Assembly: GCA_051362555.1 (NCBI GenBank)
Contig: CM120643.1
Location: 25,858,848 to 25,922,847 of the forward strand
DNA length: 64,000 bases
From: Lingula anatina
Lineage: Eukaryota > Animalia > Brachiopoda
Reading direction: 5' to 3'
A program made the translations under genes and the position numbers. Below the pieces are notes generated by a model that was given only the letters and a program-made list of their open reading frames with translations, did no database searches and was not told the origin of the DNA. This document shows positions 12,901 to 25,889 of the stretch, piece after piece; the stretch's first letter is position 1; every line of letters starts with the position of its first letter.

Positions 12901-15900
12901 TAGGTAGTTTAAGATGGCCTAAACAGCATGTGTCTGCAATGTGTGATGATTTTACCATATTTCTATAGGATACATATAGTCTATGCTGTCTTACCTTCCC
13001 TACAATACCTATCCCAGCATCTGCTGCCTGTATCATACTAACATCATTGCCACCATCACCTGATAATACAACATATATCACAACATGGACAGCTTTTGTT
13101 TTTTATATATGAACCACAATAAAATAAAACAGGAAAAATAAAACCAAAATTCAGAAAATATTGATTTAAAAGTGAGGGAACTGTGATAACTGCAGGCCAA
13201 TATGAAAGAGTTATAAAAATACTAAACATCACTTTTCAACAGGTAAAACATTTCAGATAGCTTTTACACTTATCCTTCCTTCATTGTAAAAAGTGGTGAA
13301 AAGCATAAAATACAAAAATTCTATAATGAACTGACAACAAATATCATCCTACCTATTGCACATGTCCTCTTCTTGGTGTGAAGTCTGAGCAATTTGACTA
13401 TTTCTGCTTTCTGTGTTGGAGAGCACCTGCACACCACCACAGCAGGGCACTGACATGCCAGCTCCACAAACTCATGCTCATAGTACTTGAGGCATATCTG
13501 TATGGAATAGACATTTTATTATTACTACTGCTTTGCATTATGCCTGTAAGGATCTGCACTTCTTGCTGATTCCAAATGACCTTGTTCATGTTACTATCAA
13601 CAATGACAAAAGAGACATTTCAAATTGACATTAAACTGTCAACTGCATTGGTAAAACTTACAGAAATTTACTTTTGTTATTTTAGGTTAATATAATTATT
13701 TAAAGAAAATCATCTTGTTGGCAGCCTGCCATAAATCAGATGCTTTTGAGTGAAAGCAGCCAAGTGAGTGACAACCTGCTCCACCCACCTGAAATGAGTG
13801 GTATTGTGACATCATGCCCCACCAACCTCAGCTGATTGGCACTGTAACATAATGCCACAGCCACCTCTATTGATTGACAATGTAATATGCCACAGCCACC
13901 TCTATTGATTGACAATCTAACATGCCCCACCCACCTCTAGTGAGTCCCCTTTTATAACCAGAGCAGAGTCACTTTTCTTCCTGAAGGTGTTCAGTTCCAG
14001 GTGGGCCTCCTCCCTGCTGGTGACATTCCTGAACACGTAGATACTCTGCACCTTGGACACCAGGCGAGAGCTGGAGGCGATACATGTGGCCGTCTCCAGC
14101 TTGTCCCCTGTCAGCATCCATATCTGGGGGGAGAAATCAAATGGATCATATTCTAGGAGACTGAATAATTAACGTACAATTATTTAATAAGATTTTAATG
14201 GTCTCTACAGATTGAAAACTGTCTTTTATTATACCCTGGTGGCCATTCAGTATAATAGAACCAATAGTGAATGGTCCCTAGGGGACTATGAAGAACAGAA
14301 CCCAGTAAGATAAAATAGGATCCTCCACTTCATTTCTTTCACTAGGCACTATTCTTCATAGTCCCCCCAAGGACTGTGGACAGTTTGTTTAATACATTCC
14401 ACTAGCTCACTCACCCTGATCCCAGCATTCCTGAGCAGTTCCAGAGTGGGTCTGACATTATCCTGGAGTTTGTCCTCCACTCCAGTCAGACACAACAGCT
14501 CCAGGTCTCTCTCCAAACTCTCCACCACTGCTGCCACCTTGGTCGCCCTGTCCTGGACACTCAGCTTAGCCTGGTGATATCTAGACTGGAGACAGATGAA
14601 TAGGGATGTGATAAATGATGGTCAACTCTCTCTCCAGTCATCTCCTCCCCCTCCCCATCTCTTTATCTCATAAAACTCTATCTCAGACACACAAACACTC
14701 ACACAAGCTAACTCACCTTCTCTTACCCCCTTACTATCTCTCTCTCTCTCTCTCTTTCTCTCAATCTGTTTTGCCTGTTCATCTCTAAACTAAAAGCAAT
14801 CAAAAAAAGAACCGAGTGAAGAAATAAGATATCCCAACAAACATGGAATACTCCATTCAATATCTTACTTCAAAATCCTTATACTGGTCCTCTGACAGTG
14901 TCTTCTTTGCTACCACAAGAGTTCTCAACCCCTCCCTGGCCATGTTACCACACTGGAATTAGGACAGAAAACACAGTAAGATACATATTACAACTACCAG
15001 AGTTCTCAACCCCTCCCTGGCCATGTTACCACACTGGAATTAGGACAGAAAACACAGTGAGATATATATATATTGGTACAATTTATGCCTGTTCTCTATG
15101 GATTTGTTTAATTCTGAAAAGTTTTTTCATATCTGACCATGATGATATAACCAAGGGGTAGAAGAGAACAAATATGTACCATTGTTATTTTGGTATTTTG
15201 ATAGTTAGTTGTGCCAGTTTTTATTCATTCCTAAAAACTGTTATATGAAAATACTTTTAAGCTTCATATTACATTTCTGAGAATCTTGAAAAAATATGTG
15301 ACATGGTTATTTTGGTGTATTGACAGTTAGTTGTGCCAGTTTTCCTTAATTCCTCAAAACTGTTGCACAAAATTACTTTTAAGCTTCATACTGCATTTCT
15401 GAGAATCTTGAAAATCTCCCCACCTCTTCTTCCAGCCAGTCATTATACTGAACAATAGAGATCATGACCACATCAGCACCCTTCATGTAGAAGGTGATCT
15501 CTCCTGTCTCCTCCTCCTGGAAATACCAACATCAATATCTTTTTAATTTTTACTCTGAGTATTACAAAATATATTTTATTCTTAAGGTATTTTTTTTCAA
15601 ATTTATATCAAGCAATAGAAAAGAAGGATCATGCTAATCATAATTAAATAATATCTCTTTCTAGCTACAATGCAGATTAACCTAACAATTATGGTATAAA
15701 GTTATAAGATGTATGAGATGAGAATTTGGAATTCTGAAAGGTCTTGCACTGCAATGAGGCACACTTAGATTTCAACTGTTCCTTTGATATCTATAGTCCA
15801 TAATTATATCTATAGTCTACTGTACATATATCTATTATATCCTCACCCTGACTATGATGCCCATTCTCTTGGTTTCAGATGTGAAGGGGAAAATTTGGAG

Positions 15901-18900
15901 GATCTCATATCTCACATGACGTCCACTTGGTATACTGAGCTGCATGGAGGTCAGATCACGCTTGACCAGCGCCAGCCCTACACTTTCTGTCCAGCTGACC
16001 AGTGCTACCTGCAATGAACAAAATAAAAAAAAAATTCTTGAATCCTTATTGTCCCATAATCTTTCCTCACCTCACCAATTCAAACCCTTATCTCCCTTCT
16101 TTTTAGCCTTAAAAAGGTCCACTGTGGAGAACATTTGATATAGGTACATAAACGTTTCATGGTAAAAGGTCCAATTTTTCAGACAAAAGGTTCCCTTCCC
16201 TTTGAAATTGCTGGCAACAGGACTGGGGCGGGTTTCACAAAGCAGTAGTTAGTTAGCGATCGGTAGTTAGCCTCTCGCTAGCTAGAGTGCCGTTTCACGA
16301 AGCAGTCGCTAGTTCTCTCGCTCGTTATTGTCTCGTTGTTGCCTTGGATATTTAACGACTGGTCAGACCAGTCGCTAACTCTAGAGTTTCATCGTACGCA
16401 TGCGTAATGAGTGAAATAAAAAGGTTGCTTAGTTACCGTTGTCTGTCGTTTGTCTTTGTATCCAATATGGCGGCTACTTTTCTTGCTATCCGTACCGCCA
16501 GACGGCAACGTAGACTACGACGTTTTCATGAAAGGCAGAATCAATTAGAATATACACACGATGATGCAATTTACGAGTGGTTCCGCCTAGCTGTGACGAA
16601 AAGAGCGGCAAAAAGGTGGTGGAGATCCTTTACGACGACCTCAAAGCAGACGTTCTTATGCATTTCCAGCCACCACAAATTGGAGAGTTAGTGCTTTCGT
16701 GACACTTTTACGCAAGAGTTCCACTTCCGGCAGACGGTTTCGAGACTACGGTGAGTAACGAGAGAACTAACGACCGAACTTTACGACTGAACTTAGCGAT
16801 GAGTTAACGACTGCTTCGTGAAACACCCTTCGAAAATCGCTAAGTTTGCTCGTTAGCGAGGTAGTTCAGTAGTTAGTTGTTCTAACTAACTACTGCTTTG
16901 TGAAACCGGCCCCTGCTTTCCTCACCTCAAACTCATAAACTCTTTCCTAATCTTGTCCTTCCACACCATTGCTTTAACCCACTGCCTCAAATCGCTTTCC
17001 TGTACCCTTCCCACACAGAATCCTTTCATGACCTTCTCTTACTCCATCCTTTTGTACCCTTTCCACATCTAATCCATGCTAGCAAATATGTCTTTGTGGG
17101 TGGTTGGGCAACTTCTGAAAGAACCTAACCTGCTTGCCCCCAATAGCAAGACAACAAAGAGAACAACTCCCAATAAAAAAAATGTAAAAAATCACCTCAT
17201 CTGGACTAGAGGCCTGGTACACAGCTTTCTGTGTTGACTGCTGGTCTGCTTCTGTGTCTTGGTTTTCTGTGTCCGTCTCTTCATAGACTGGTGTGACGTT
17301 ATGACACAGCGCCAGCGCTTTCACGGCCTCGTACACACGCGTTACGACTGTGCGTCTTACTTTGGGAAGAGTGGAGGACTTTGACGTCAGAGGAGCTTGC
17401 TGAGAGAAGGCAGTCTTTAGGTGTGCCATGACCTAGAAATAAAATAGTAAATAAGATAGTGAATTCAAACACATTCCCTACTAATGAATGCATCTGCATA
17501 CATGAACATATAATAACCATAGGGTTCCCATTAAAGCTAGGCTGTTGAGTTTCACACGAGACATATTTCTATTTACTAACTAGAATGACATGTACAATAT
17601 TGTTATTACTCCTCCAAAAGCACATTCTTAAGTATCATTACTCAATGCAACTAATATCTTAATACACAGTTTAACTGTTAAAGTCAAACTCCTCACCTCA
17701 TCCATGGTCTCTGGACTGAAAGACACTGTGCCCAAATGTAACCTCTTGAATACCTGAAATAAACAATATGATTTGTTTACTTTGTCACCTAACAATGATC
17801 ATTGCTTTATCTAAAGTATCTGTATCTAAATGCCTGTGCCAGTCTTTACTATCCTGGGCTTCTGTTTCAGTGCTTAGTGATATAAATGTCAAGAGACTGA
17901 CATGAAAAAAGAGTCTGACTCAAAGGCAATTTGCAGTTGCACAATCCCTAAACTTACTGAAACATTACTGAAATTTCAGACCAAGCACGTAAGTCCATAT
18001 CAATTTCAAACACTTTCTTATACAGAAGACTTCTAATTATTAAAATTTAATCACCATTTCATTCTGTGTGAGAGTTCCAGTCTTGTCAGACAAGAGATAG
18101 GTGATCCTCCCTAGTTCCTCTGGTATAGTTGTGCTGCGTACCACAGTCCCGGGAACGTCTTTGTCTCGCTGTATGAACCATGAGTAGGCCACCTTGCCCA
18201 TGTCCAGGTTGACCCGCAAGCTGAGGGGGAGAGATTGGGCAATATTATTATTTAACCTTCCATTTCATTTGTTATTATTATTGCATATTAAGCGCACATT
18301 GTGTGCATTTTTAGACAGTCAAATCTCTGTTGTCAAATTATACAAGAGAACCTTATTATTATAAGGCTAAGGTGCAATTTGATATAACATATACCAGTAA
18401 GTGTAAAATAAATCTTATCAATATCTAAGACAGCTTCATAAATATAATATTATGATTTGTTTGATTATACTCTGTCAAAAGAAAATTCTGTCATGAACCA
18501 TTCACTTTCATTGTTGATTATTATGAGGGTGTGATAAACAATCTTTGTACACAGAGCATCTTTACATACATGAAATAACATCTAAAAGTTCTACAATTTT
18601 CTGAAAAGATGAAATGAATGTTTTTTTTTCACTACTAGCCTCACCTGATTGGGATGATGTAAGAGAACAGAAGAACAAATCTGAACATATATCTGTACCA
18701 TGGACCTTGGAATCCCTGGAATGAGAATCATACATTTTTAATACAAAACAGTACTTAAAGCACTCTAATGTCATTACAATAGGAATTATACAAATTTTAA
18801 AGTTGTAATTTATTCTTTGAGGTATGACAAACTTGTCATACCTCAAAATAGTGAACTCTAGCACCATTTTTCTTTTCCTCCACAAAATTTCATATCAATT

Positions 18901-21900
18901 GTATCACTGACAAAGCTGTGCATGTAAATATCTGTACCATCACAATTTTGTCAGTACGGTAATTTAGCTGAAATTACATCTTTTCATATTTCTTCAAGTT
19001 AAAGCTTTTTAGGTTAAACAAGATAAATTTTACATGCTTATCTAAGCCAAAAAAAGTTGATTATTTGTCAGCAATCATCAAGCAACCTACCTTTATCACC
19101 ATCATGACAATAGAGAGCACCAGTACTGAGAGAAACAACACCTTGGTCAGTGTATTTACCTCCAGGTCCAACAGTCCTACCTGAAATATATATATATATA
19201 TCACAATAGAGAGCACCAGTACTGAGAGAAACAGCACTTTGGTCAGTGTATTCACCTCCAGGTCTAACAGTCCTACCTGAAATATATGGGGAGGTCATTG
19301 GTGTATTTATCATGACAAATTTCATACTTAAATATTCATGACACACCACATTTTACTTTGGTTTTAGTAGTGGACATGTTCATGACAGACCACAAGTTAC
19401 CTTAACTGCTTTTAGGAGCTGAGGCATTAGTGACAAACCACATATAAAACACTGTTTTTAGGAGCTGACTTTTCACATTATGTAGGGTAATTTGTGCACA
19501 TTTTAGTGCTCAATAAAGTATAACTATTATGTTGCTTTTAGGAGTTGACATATTCATTCATGACATTCCACATGTAACGTTTTCTATCAGAAGCTGACAT
19601 TTTCATGACAGACCACATATCATTTACCTTGCTCTTAGGAGCTGATGTATTCATGACACTCCTGGTTTCAGAGCCTGTGTAGACCACCAGCCCCAGGGCA
19701 GTGCCTGAGGCTACCACAGTGTTAGCCCACAGTGTGTTCTCTATAGACAGGGGATCCTCACACTTTCCTCCATCATCCATCTGATAGAATACAAACTTGA
19801 CTGATAGAAACCCAGCTACACACAATTGTGTACAATAGTGAGAAAGTGTATGTAACTATGCTACTGGAACCTACATTTGCAAAAGACCCAAGTTGGGATC
19901 TTAACTTGAGACCTCTCTTTCACTAGGTAATGACCTGGATGGACTGGTCACCTGATTTATTGACATATGTGTACAATAATATTTGGAGTTTACATATATG
20001 TATAGTCCAGCGCAATACTTTGATAAAGAATAAGACAATATTTGCAAATGTTGTAGATAAGGCGCGATGTTCTGAAACACTAATTATATTCTTCAAATTA
20101 GGCAAATAGTCTCAACTTAATATCCAACAACATCAAACAGGATCTACAAATGCTCAATCTGCACAAGAATTCTGTATTTACCAGAAGGAAGGTACTAATA
20201 ACATTACTGCTGTTAATGGTTGTGGTTTTTAAGTCATTTTTTTTCACTTACCCTCTGAAAGGTTCCCACAAAACTATGGATATCTTTCTGTGGTTTCTCA
20301 GCATAGGCCTGACCTGTTATTTCATGTAGATCCTACAGGGTAAACAACAATGAAACAAAATGATCTTTGACTAATACAGTGTATCAAAAGTTAATATGAG
20401 GTACAGGTATGTCCTGGTAAACTACAGCGCATCACTATGAGGTAATATGTGGCTATAAAACTTCCTTTCTACCACTCTCTGTTATGTTCCAATGATAACA
20501 TGTAATAGTACCATGTGAAATATGTGTTAAAACATTGGCAGCCCCACTTCATCACTATTATTTTAGAGGTCCCTGATATCAGATGGTAACATACACCCAC
20601 CTCATCACTATTATTTTACAGGCCTCTGATATCAGATGGTAACATACACCCACCTCATCACTATTATTTTAGAGGTCCCTGATATCAGATGGTAACATAC
20701 ACCCACCTCATCACTATTATTTTAGAGGTCCCTGATATCAGATGGTAACATACACCCACCTCATCACTATTATTTTAGAGGTCCCTGATATCAGAAGGTA
20801 ACATACACCCACCTCATCACTATTATTTTAGAGATCCCTGATATCAGATGGTAACATACACCCACCTCATCACTATTATTTTAGAGGTCCCTGATATCAG
20901 ATGGTAACATACACCCACCTCATCACTATTATTTTAGAGGTCCCTGATATCAGATGGTAACATACACCCACCTCATCACTATTATTTTAGAGGTCCCTGA
21001 TATCAGAAGGTAACATACACCCACCTCATCACTATTATTTTAGAGGTCCCTGATATCAGATGGTAACATACACCCACCTCATCACTGGGGAGTTTCTGTG
21101 TCCCGGGCACGGCCAGCCTCAGTTTCCAGTCTGTCTCCCCATCCAGCTGGTCTGTCCTGATAAAACAAGCACCTGTTTTCTCTGTCGTCCTCAGCAGGAT
21201 GAGGTCAGCAGGCACACGCTGGTTCTACAATTATAGAAACTCACATAATTCTAGCAGTATTGACCTGGGCACTTAGCTCAGAACATGGCGGAATCAAATA
21301 TGATAAAATATGGAATGTTTTTTAAAGATTACATGGACATATTTACATACACAATGACTGAATAAACTTTATTACTATTTACTGAGATATATTACAGCTG
21401 ATGGTATTGTTTATTATAACTAGCATATCCAACCGATGCCAACTTTTCTGTTACCTTTTCCACTATGATAATGTCCCCAACTCTGATGTCAGAGCTTGGT
21501 GCACTCTCAATCCCAGAGCGGGTGAGTCTTTGGTACTTTTGGGAGTTCATTTCCTGGTCTCGTCTGAACCTCCTGAAATCATCCACAGCTTCACGTGCCA
21601 TGGTGACAAATATCACAAAACCCTGCAGAAAAAGAAATAAACATGAAATTATTACATTTAAAATTTAATACAGTGTTCAAATCTTAATAACCATATTTTT
21701 GGATGAATATTTTTATAACTTAACATACATTAACTTAGGGTAGATGTATATTTTACTAAATTTTGAGAATTATTATTTATGTTTTCAATTTATGTCATTT
21801 CTGGTAAAAAAAAAAAAAGGTCAATAGCTTATGATGATATATTCAATAATTATATCTAATTTTGTTAAATTTAGAAATGACATGGAAAAAATCAGCTTAT

Positions 21901-24900
21901 GTACTTAAGAACATTCATCAAAATGCATTGAGGGCCAGAGTTTACCTACCAGTGGGCCCCAATATGTATAAAGATAACCAATTCTGATTTCTGGGATGAA
22001 CTGAGAACATGCCATGACAAGAAAATAGAGATTTAGGAAAAACTTGAACTGTTCAAATAACACCTGGAAAAAATAGAAATCATATGTAAAATTTGCTCTA
22101 TCCTTCAAGATGAAAATATTATCAATATGTCCTACAGAAAATATGAAATTAATTCCAATCAGATTGATATTTCAATACTCATTTTAAGCAGTGAATCACT
22201 TATTTGATGATGACCACTTCATGATGAAAAATATATTGTTGTTATTACACAGCCAGGTACATATTTCCAACTGTACAATAAAAATAAAATAAATGTATTT
22301 TTTTTTGTTTCATGTTAAGTTTGAATAATAGATCATTTTATATGTTAAGATTATATGTAATTCAGCACCCAAGTAAACATACCAGTGGTATAAAAGAGAA
22401 AATACTGTATTTCTGATTTCTGATCACATTTGGAGGGTAGACCACCCCATCTCCTATGTCTGTCTTTGCTCTCTTTCCAACCCATATCGTCCTGGGCTTG
22501 TATTCCACCTTTCTGCGACATTTCTCTACCAATGCATCCCAGCATCTGCAAGAAATACAACAATGATTGTGTGATAGATAACTGACATGACCACGAGAAG
22601 TAGAAACATAGTAGGAGTTCTAGGAAAAAATACTTCAGATTCATTTCAATAACACAATAATGTGCTAAATTAAAAGAAGTATTATAAATTATCAAATGTT
22701 TTCCATGACAAAACTGAGACAATAACTGACAGAAGTCAGAGTTGAGAACACTTAATTACTTTACTTTTGAAACTTAGTTTACAAGTTATGGCTTATTATA
22801 TTCCCATAGACTACAAATTGGTCACAGGTAATGTAAAAATTAAATTTTTTCCTAAAAATGTCCATCTGTTCTTTTACGAGAAAAATCTACAATGATACCT
22901 GTTCAGGGCATCACTCCACCCCTCTGTAAGGTAGTACTTCAGTCCCTTCTTCTTCTTTGGTACTAGCAAGTCCGATTCGTCGATCTCAAAGTGTTCACCC
23001 ATCATCAATGGCACATCATCAAGGTCAATGTCACTGATGCTTGTCTGGTGTCTAACTGGCTGATATCTAGGCAAGGAGAAAGGTCACAAGCATCTACATA
23101 GATGAGAGACGTGCACTCTTTACCTAATGTCCCTATAATTAAATTTTAGCCCTTAAATGCTGTCCCAGTTGGGAGTTAGACTTTGAGTCTCTGACAGAAT
23201 GAACCTCTGCCAAAAGAGTAAAATTTTGTTACTATCAAGCATCAGTGTTAATTTTCATGCTTATGATAAGTAGCTCAGGAACAGGATAATATAAGTATCT
23301 CATTCTCCTGAGCCAATTTACAAGTAATTTGACCAAAAATACATGAATATTGAGGTTGGGAAGATCCCAAGATTATAAAACCAAGTTAAACAGCAAACCA
23401 AACTGCTGTCAAATGTCTGGAAAAACACTGAATAAGCTGGCTAAAACATGCTTAATTTCACCTAAGCTACAAGTATTGATCCTATTGTGACCAGTGCAAA
23501 ATATCTTTCATATAATTAACAATTGCCAGCATAATCACCTTGTTGACTTCGATTGGTTGTATCGAATATTTCATCAATCTGTTAAATTTCATTGTCAATA
23601 TACTACAAGTACTAACTGCTAATTCCTCGCCCAGTGGATCCAACACAGCTGACCTCATGCTCATATATATCACTGTGATCTGTTCTACTTGAGATCTATA
23701 TGTACAAGACCATGCACAATGTATATATTCCAGTGTGGGAGGAGATGAACTATATTGTACATCCCATTGTTCATACTAATTCAATCTTCATTTGCGCATA
23801 TGTGGATGCTATATATTTAAGATACACATATAACACATAGCTCTACACTATCATTATATTACAGTCTTCACAGCATCACACATCTCATGCGACTGTGAAA
23901 TTTTCCACTTACTTCACATGCCTCACCCTTCGAAAAAGTCTACGACAACGAATTAACACCGAGGTCATTAAATCCCAAATCCTCTGGTAGGCGTTCTACA
24001 CTAGACACAGTCAATACAGTTCACATGCGATCAAATGGTGATATACCACAGCCAGAAATGCATCAGACTGACCTGCCTCCATTTGATACATTCAAGCCAT
24101 CAATAATGCATTAAAGCGATCATGTAACTTGGTTATAGTGGTTCTAAATAATATCAGATTAAGTCCTGTTGTGGTGTGTATGTAATACCTTATTTGAAGC
24201 ACCTTCTTTATAGCTGGGTGGACTTTTGGGGCACACACCATAATCAACTGTGTATCTTTATATTGCTCAAATGTAATTTCCTGCTGGTGAAATTATTCAT
24301 CATGCATATCAACTGTCTGAGTACCATTCAACTTGTGATTTCTAAATAACCAGCAATGATGAGTGGTTTGCCCATTGTACTTAGTTGACAAGTTATGGCT
24401 CAAAAGCACTGACTGACAATTTTTGTCATTATTTATTTTACAGATACAACAAAAGAAAGCAGTCTGGACAAGATGGGTTAGGTAAGAAACACTTTTCAAT
24501 ATAAGAAGAGGGTCAATTACTTTTAACAGATCTGTATAATTTAACACTGTCATGAACATATTATATCAAACTGACAGTTAGCATTAACAGGGCACCAATG
24601 AATTAACAACCATCCAAGCAAGTAAATCATTCAGTAGAGAGATGGAATTTGAACAGACGGGAATGGATGGCAATGAAACTGGTTGATGGAATACAGCCCA
24701 CAGCAGTCCTTTCTGTGATAAATTGCACTACAAATTATATAAATGTGAGAAAAGAGGACTAAGGATTTCTTTCTCAGGTAAGTATTAATGATGTTGTCTG
24801 ATTTTCAATTTCATTTGATCAAAATACTTAATAACTTTATATTTGTTCATCTTTATTTGAAGGTTTTGTTAATTGATTGATACATTTTTGAGTAGTGAAA

Positions 24901-25595
24901 AAACACTTTATTTTTACAGTAATGGCCATTATCTGTTGGGTTTCAACCAGAAGAAAAAAATCTAGGAAGATTAAAGTAAACAAATACTTTTTTAAAATCT
25001 TTATAATTAAATTGGGGGGGGGGGGGGGGGGAAGTATATGTTTACATTGGAAGGACACCACTATAAGTGAATGTATGGCAATGACTATCTTTTCAATGGG
25101 TAAAACTAATCAGTCTTCCAGATACATAACTTTAGACTTATATTTACATATAGCATCTGTGGTGCTTTTACTACAAAGAACAGACCTATAGGTGGCCTGC
25201 TTTTCAATTTTGTTTCTTCCACTCAATAGGGATTTTAAGAAATTCTGACGTAAGAAATACAGTAAGTTGTAACTGTAAAATTCATAATTTCCCACACTGA
25301 AAAGGTCAAGTTGTCATCCTACTGTTAGTAAATGAGGCGTGTATGTAGCAATAATTAGGCCTTACATCCCATTTCACTGTTCATTAGTGAGAAGTTTTAT
25401 CAAGTCATGTGCGGTGAGTCTACATACTGCAGTGTGCTGTTTATCACAACAATAAGAAACCTCTATCTCCATGTAACATTCCTACATTCATTCATTCAAA
25501 TTTCAATATCAACCTGAAAGCATGCTAGCTTTCCTAAGAAAATTACTGGTATTAATATCAATTTAAGTAGTTTTACTCAATGACAACAACAAGAA

Positions 25596-25626
<31 letters not shown>

Positions 25627-25633
25627 AACTAAA

Positions 25634-25692
<59 letters not shown>

Positions 25693-25889
25693 CAACAACA
25701 ACAAAATAATAAATTAGTAAGAAAAAAATCAAATTTAAAAAAGAAAAATAATTCAATACACAAGCCAAATTCTAAAAGCTATTTCACAAACTTCAAAGCA
25801 AAAGCAACACTAGCTCTTAAATGTGACCACGGTTTAACCACCACCATCACCATCAGCAGTGCCACCTACCTTACTGTTAGTCTGGACAT
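9994..25889 (-). CDS. ATP9B: P4-type phospholipid-transporting ATPase class II (ATP9A/ATP9B, Neo1-like), 26 coding exons, about 1091 aa
   Basis: Exons (-): 25870-25889, 22899-23066, 22383-22545, 21950-22063, 21455-21622, 21078-21224, 20252-20332, 19628-19780, 19091-19180, 18645-18715, 18055-18220, 17697-17753, 17196-17432, 15847-16008, 15424-15516, 14869-14952, 14415-14585, 13935-14123, 13353-13497, 12995-13059, 12510-12598, 12028-12159, 11591-11699, 11137-11194, 10453-10659, 9994-10130. They sum to 3276 nt in one frame. Motifs: [42 protein letters not shown]-terminal [12 protein letters not shown]. The first exon is less certain; ATP9A vs ATP9B cannot be resolved. Confidence 0.96.
13776..13940 (-). 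repeat. About 35-bp tandem repeat copying the ATP9 exon end plus 5' splice site
   Basis: Unit ATGCCACAGCCACCTCTATTGATTGACAATGTAAT at 13852 and 13887, true junction copy at 13922, degenerate copies at about 13814 and 13776. Confidence 0.8.
14910..15066 (-). repeat. 81-bp direct duplication of an ATP9 acceptor plus exon start
   Basis: AGAGTTCTCAACCCCTCCCTGGCCATGTTACCACACTGGAATTAGGACAGAAAACACAGT occurs at 14918 and 14999. Confidence 0.92.
16226..16912 (+). mobile_element. Non-autonomous PIF/Harbinger DNA transposon (internal deletion derivative) in an ATP9 intron
   Basis: About 31-bp TIRs GGGCGGGTTTCACAAAGCAGTAGTTAGTTAG / CTAACTAACTACTGCTTTGTGAAACCGGCCC; 3-bp TSD CTG (16223-16225, 16913-16915). 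Internal ORF remnant [41 protein letters not shown] resembles HARBI1-type transposase N-termini and is then frameshifted and truncated. Confidence 0.85.
19106..19285 (-). repeat. 96-bp direct duplication of an ATP9 acceptor plus most of the exon (in frame)
   Basis: Two TTTCAG|GTAGGACTGTT acceptors with exon starts at 19180 and 19276. The ORF reads [62 protein letters not shown]. Confidence 0.92.
20545..21086 (-). repeat. 53-bp minisatellite (about 10 copies) built from the ATP9 exon 3' end and donor site
   Basis: ATCACTATTA recurs at 20551, 20604, 20657 and so on to 21028. The true exon end continues the phase at 21081. On the minus strand the units read AGTGATGAG|GTGGGTGTATG (the most distal copy is degenerate). 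Confidence 0.95.
25636..25702. repeat. (AAT)n(AAC)n microsatellite
   Basis: Read directly from the sequence. Confidence 0.9.

Noticed and set aside
15180-15415. 122-bp direct duplication beside the donor at 15423
   Set aside because: It is real, but the unit stops short of the splice site, so it was not counted among the junction-spanning duplications.
20545-21086. 53-bp array as a CRISPR array
   Set aside because: There are no variable spacers and no cas genes, and the unit derives from the adjacent exon-intron junction.
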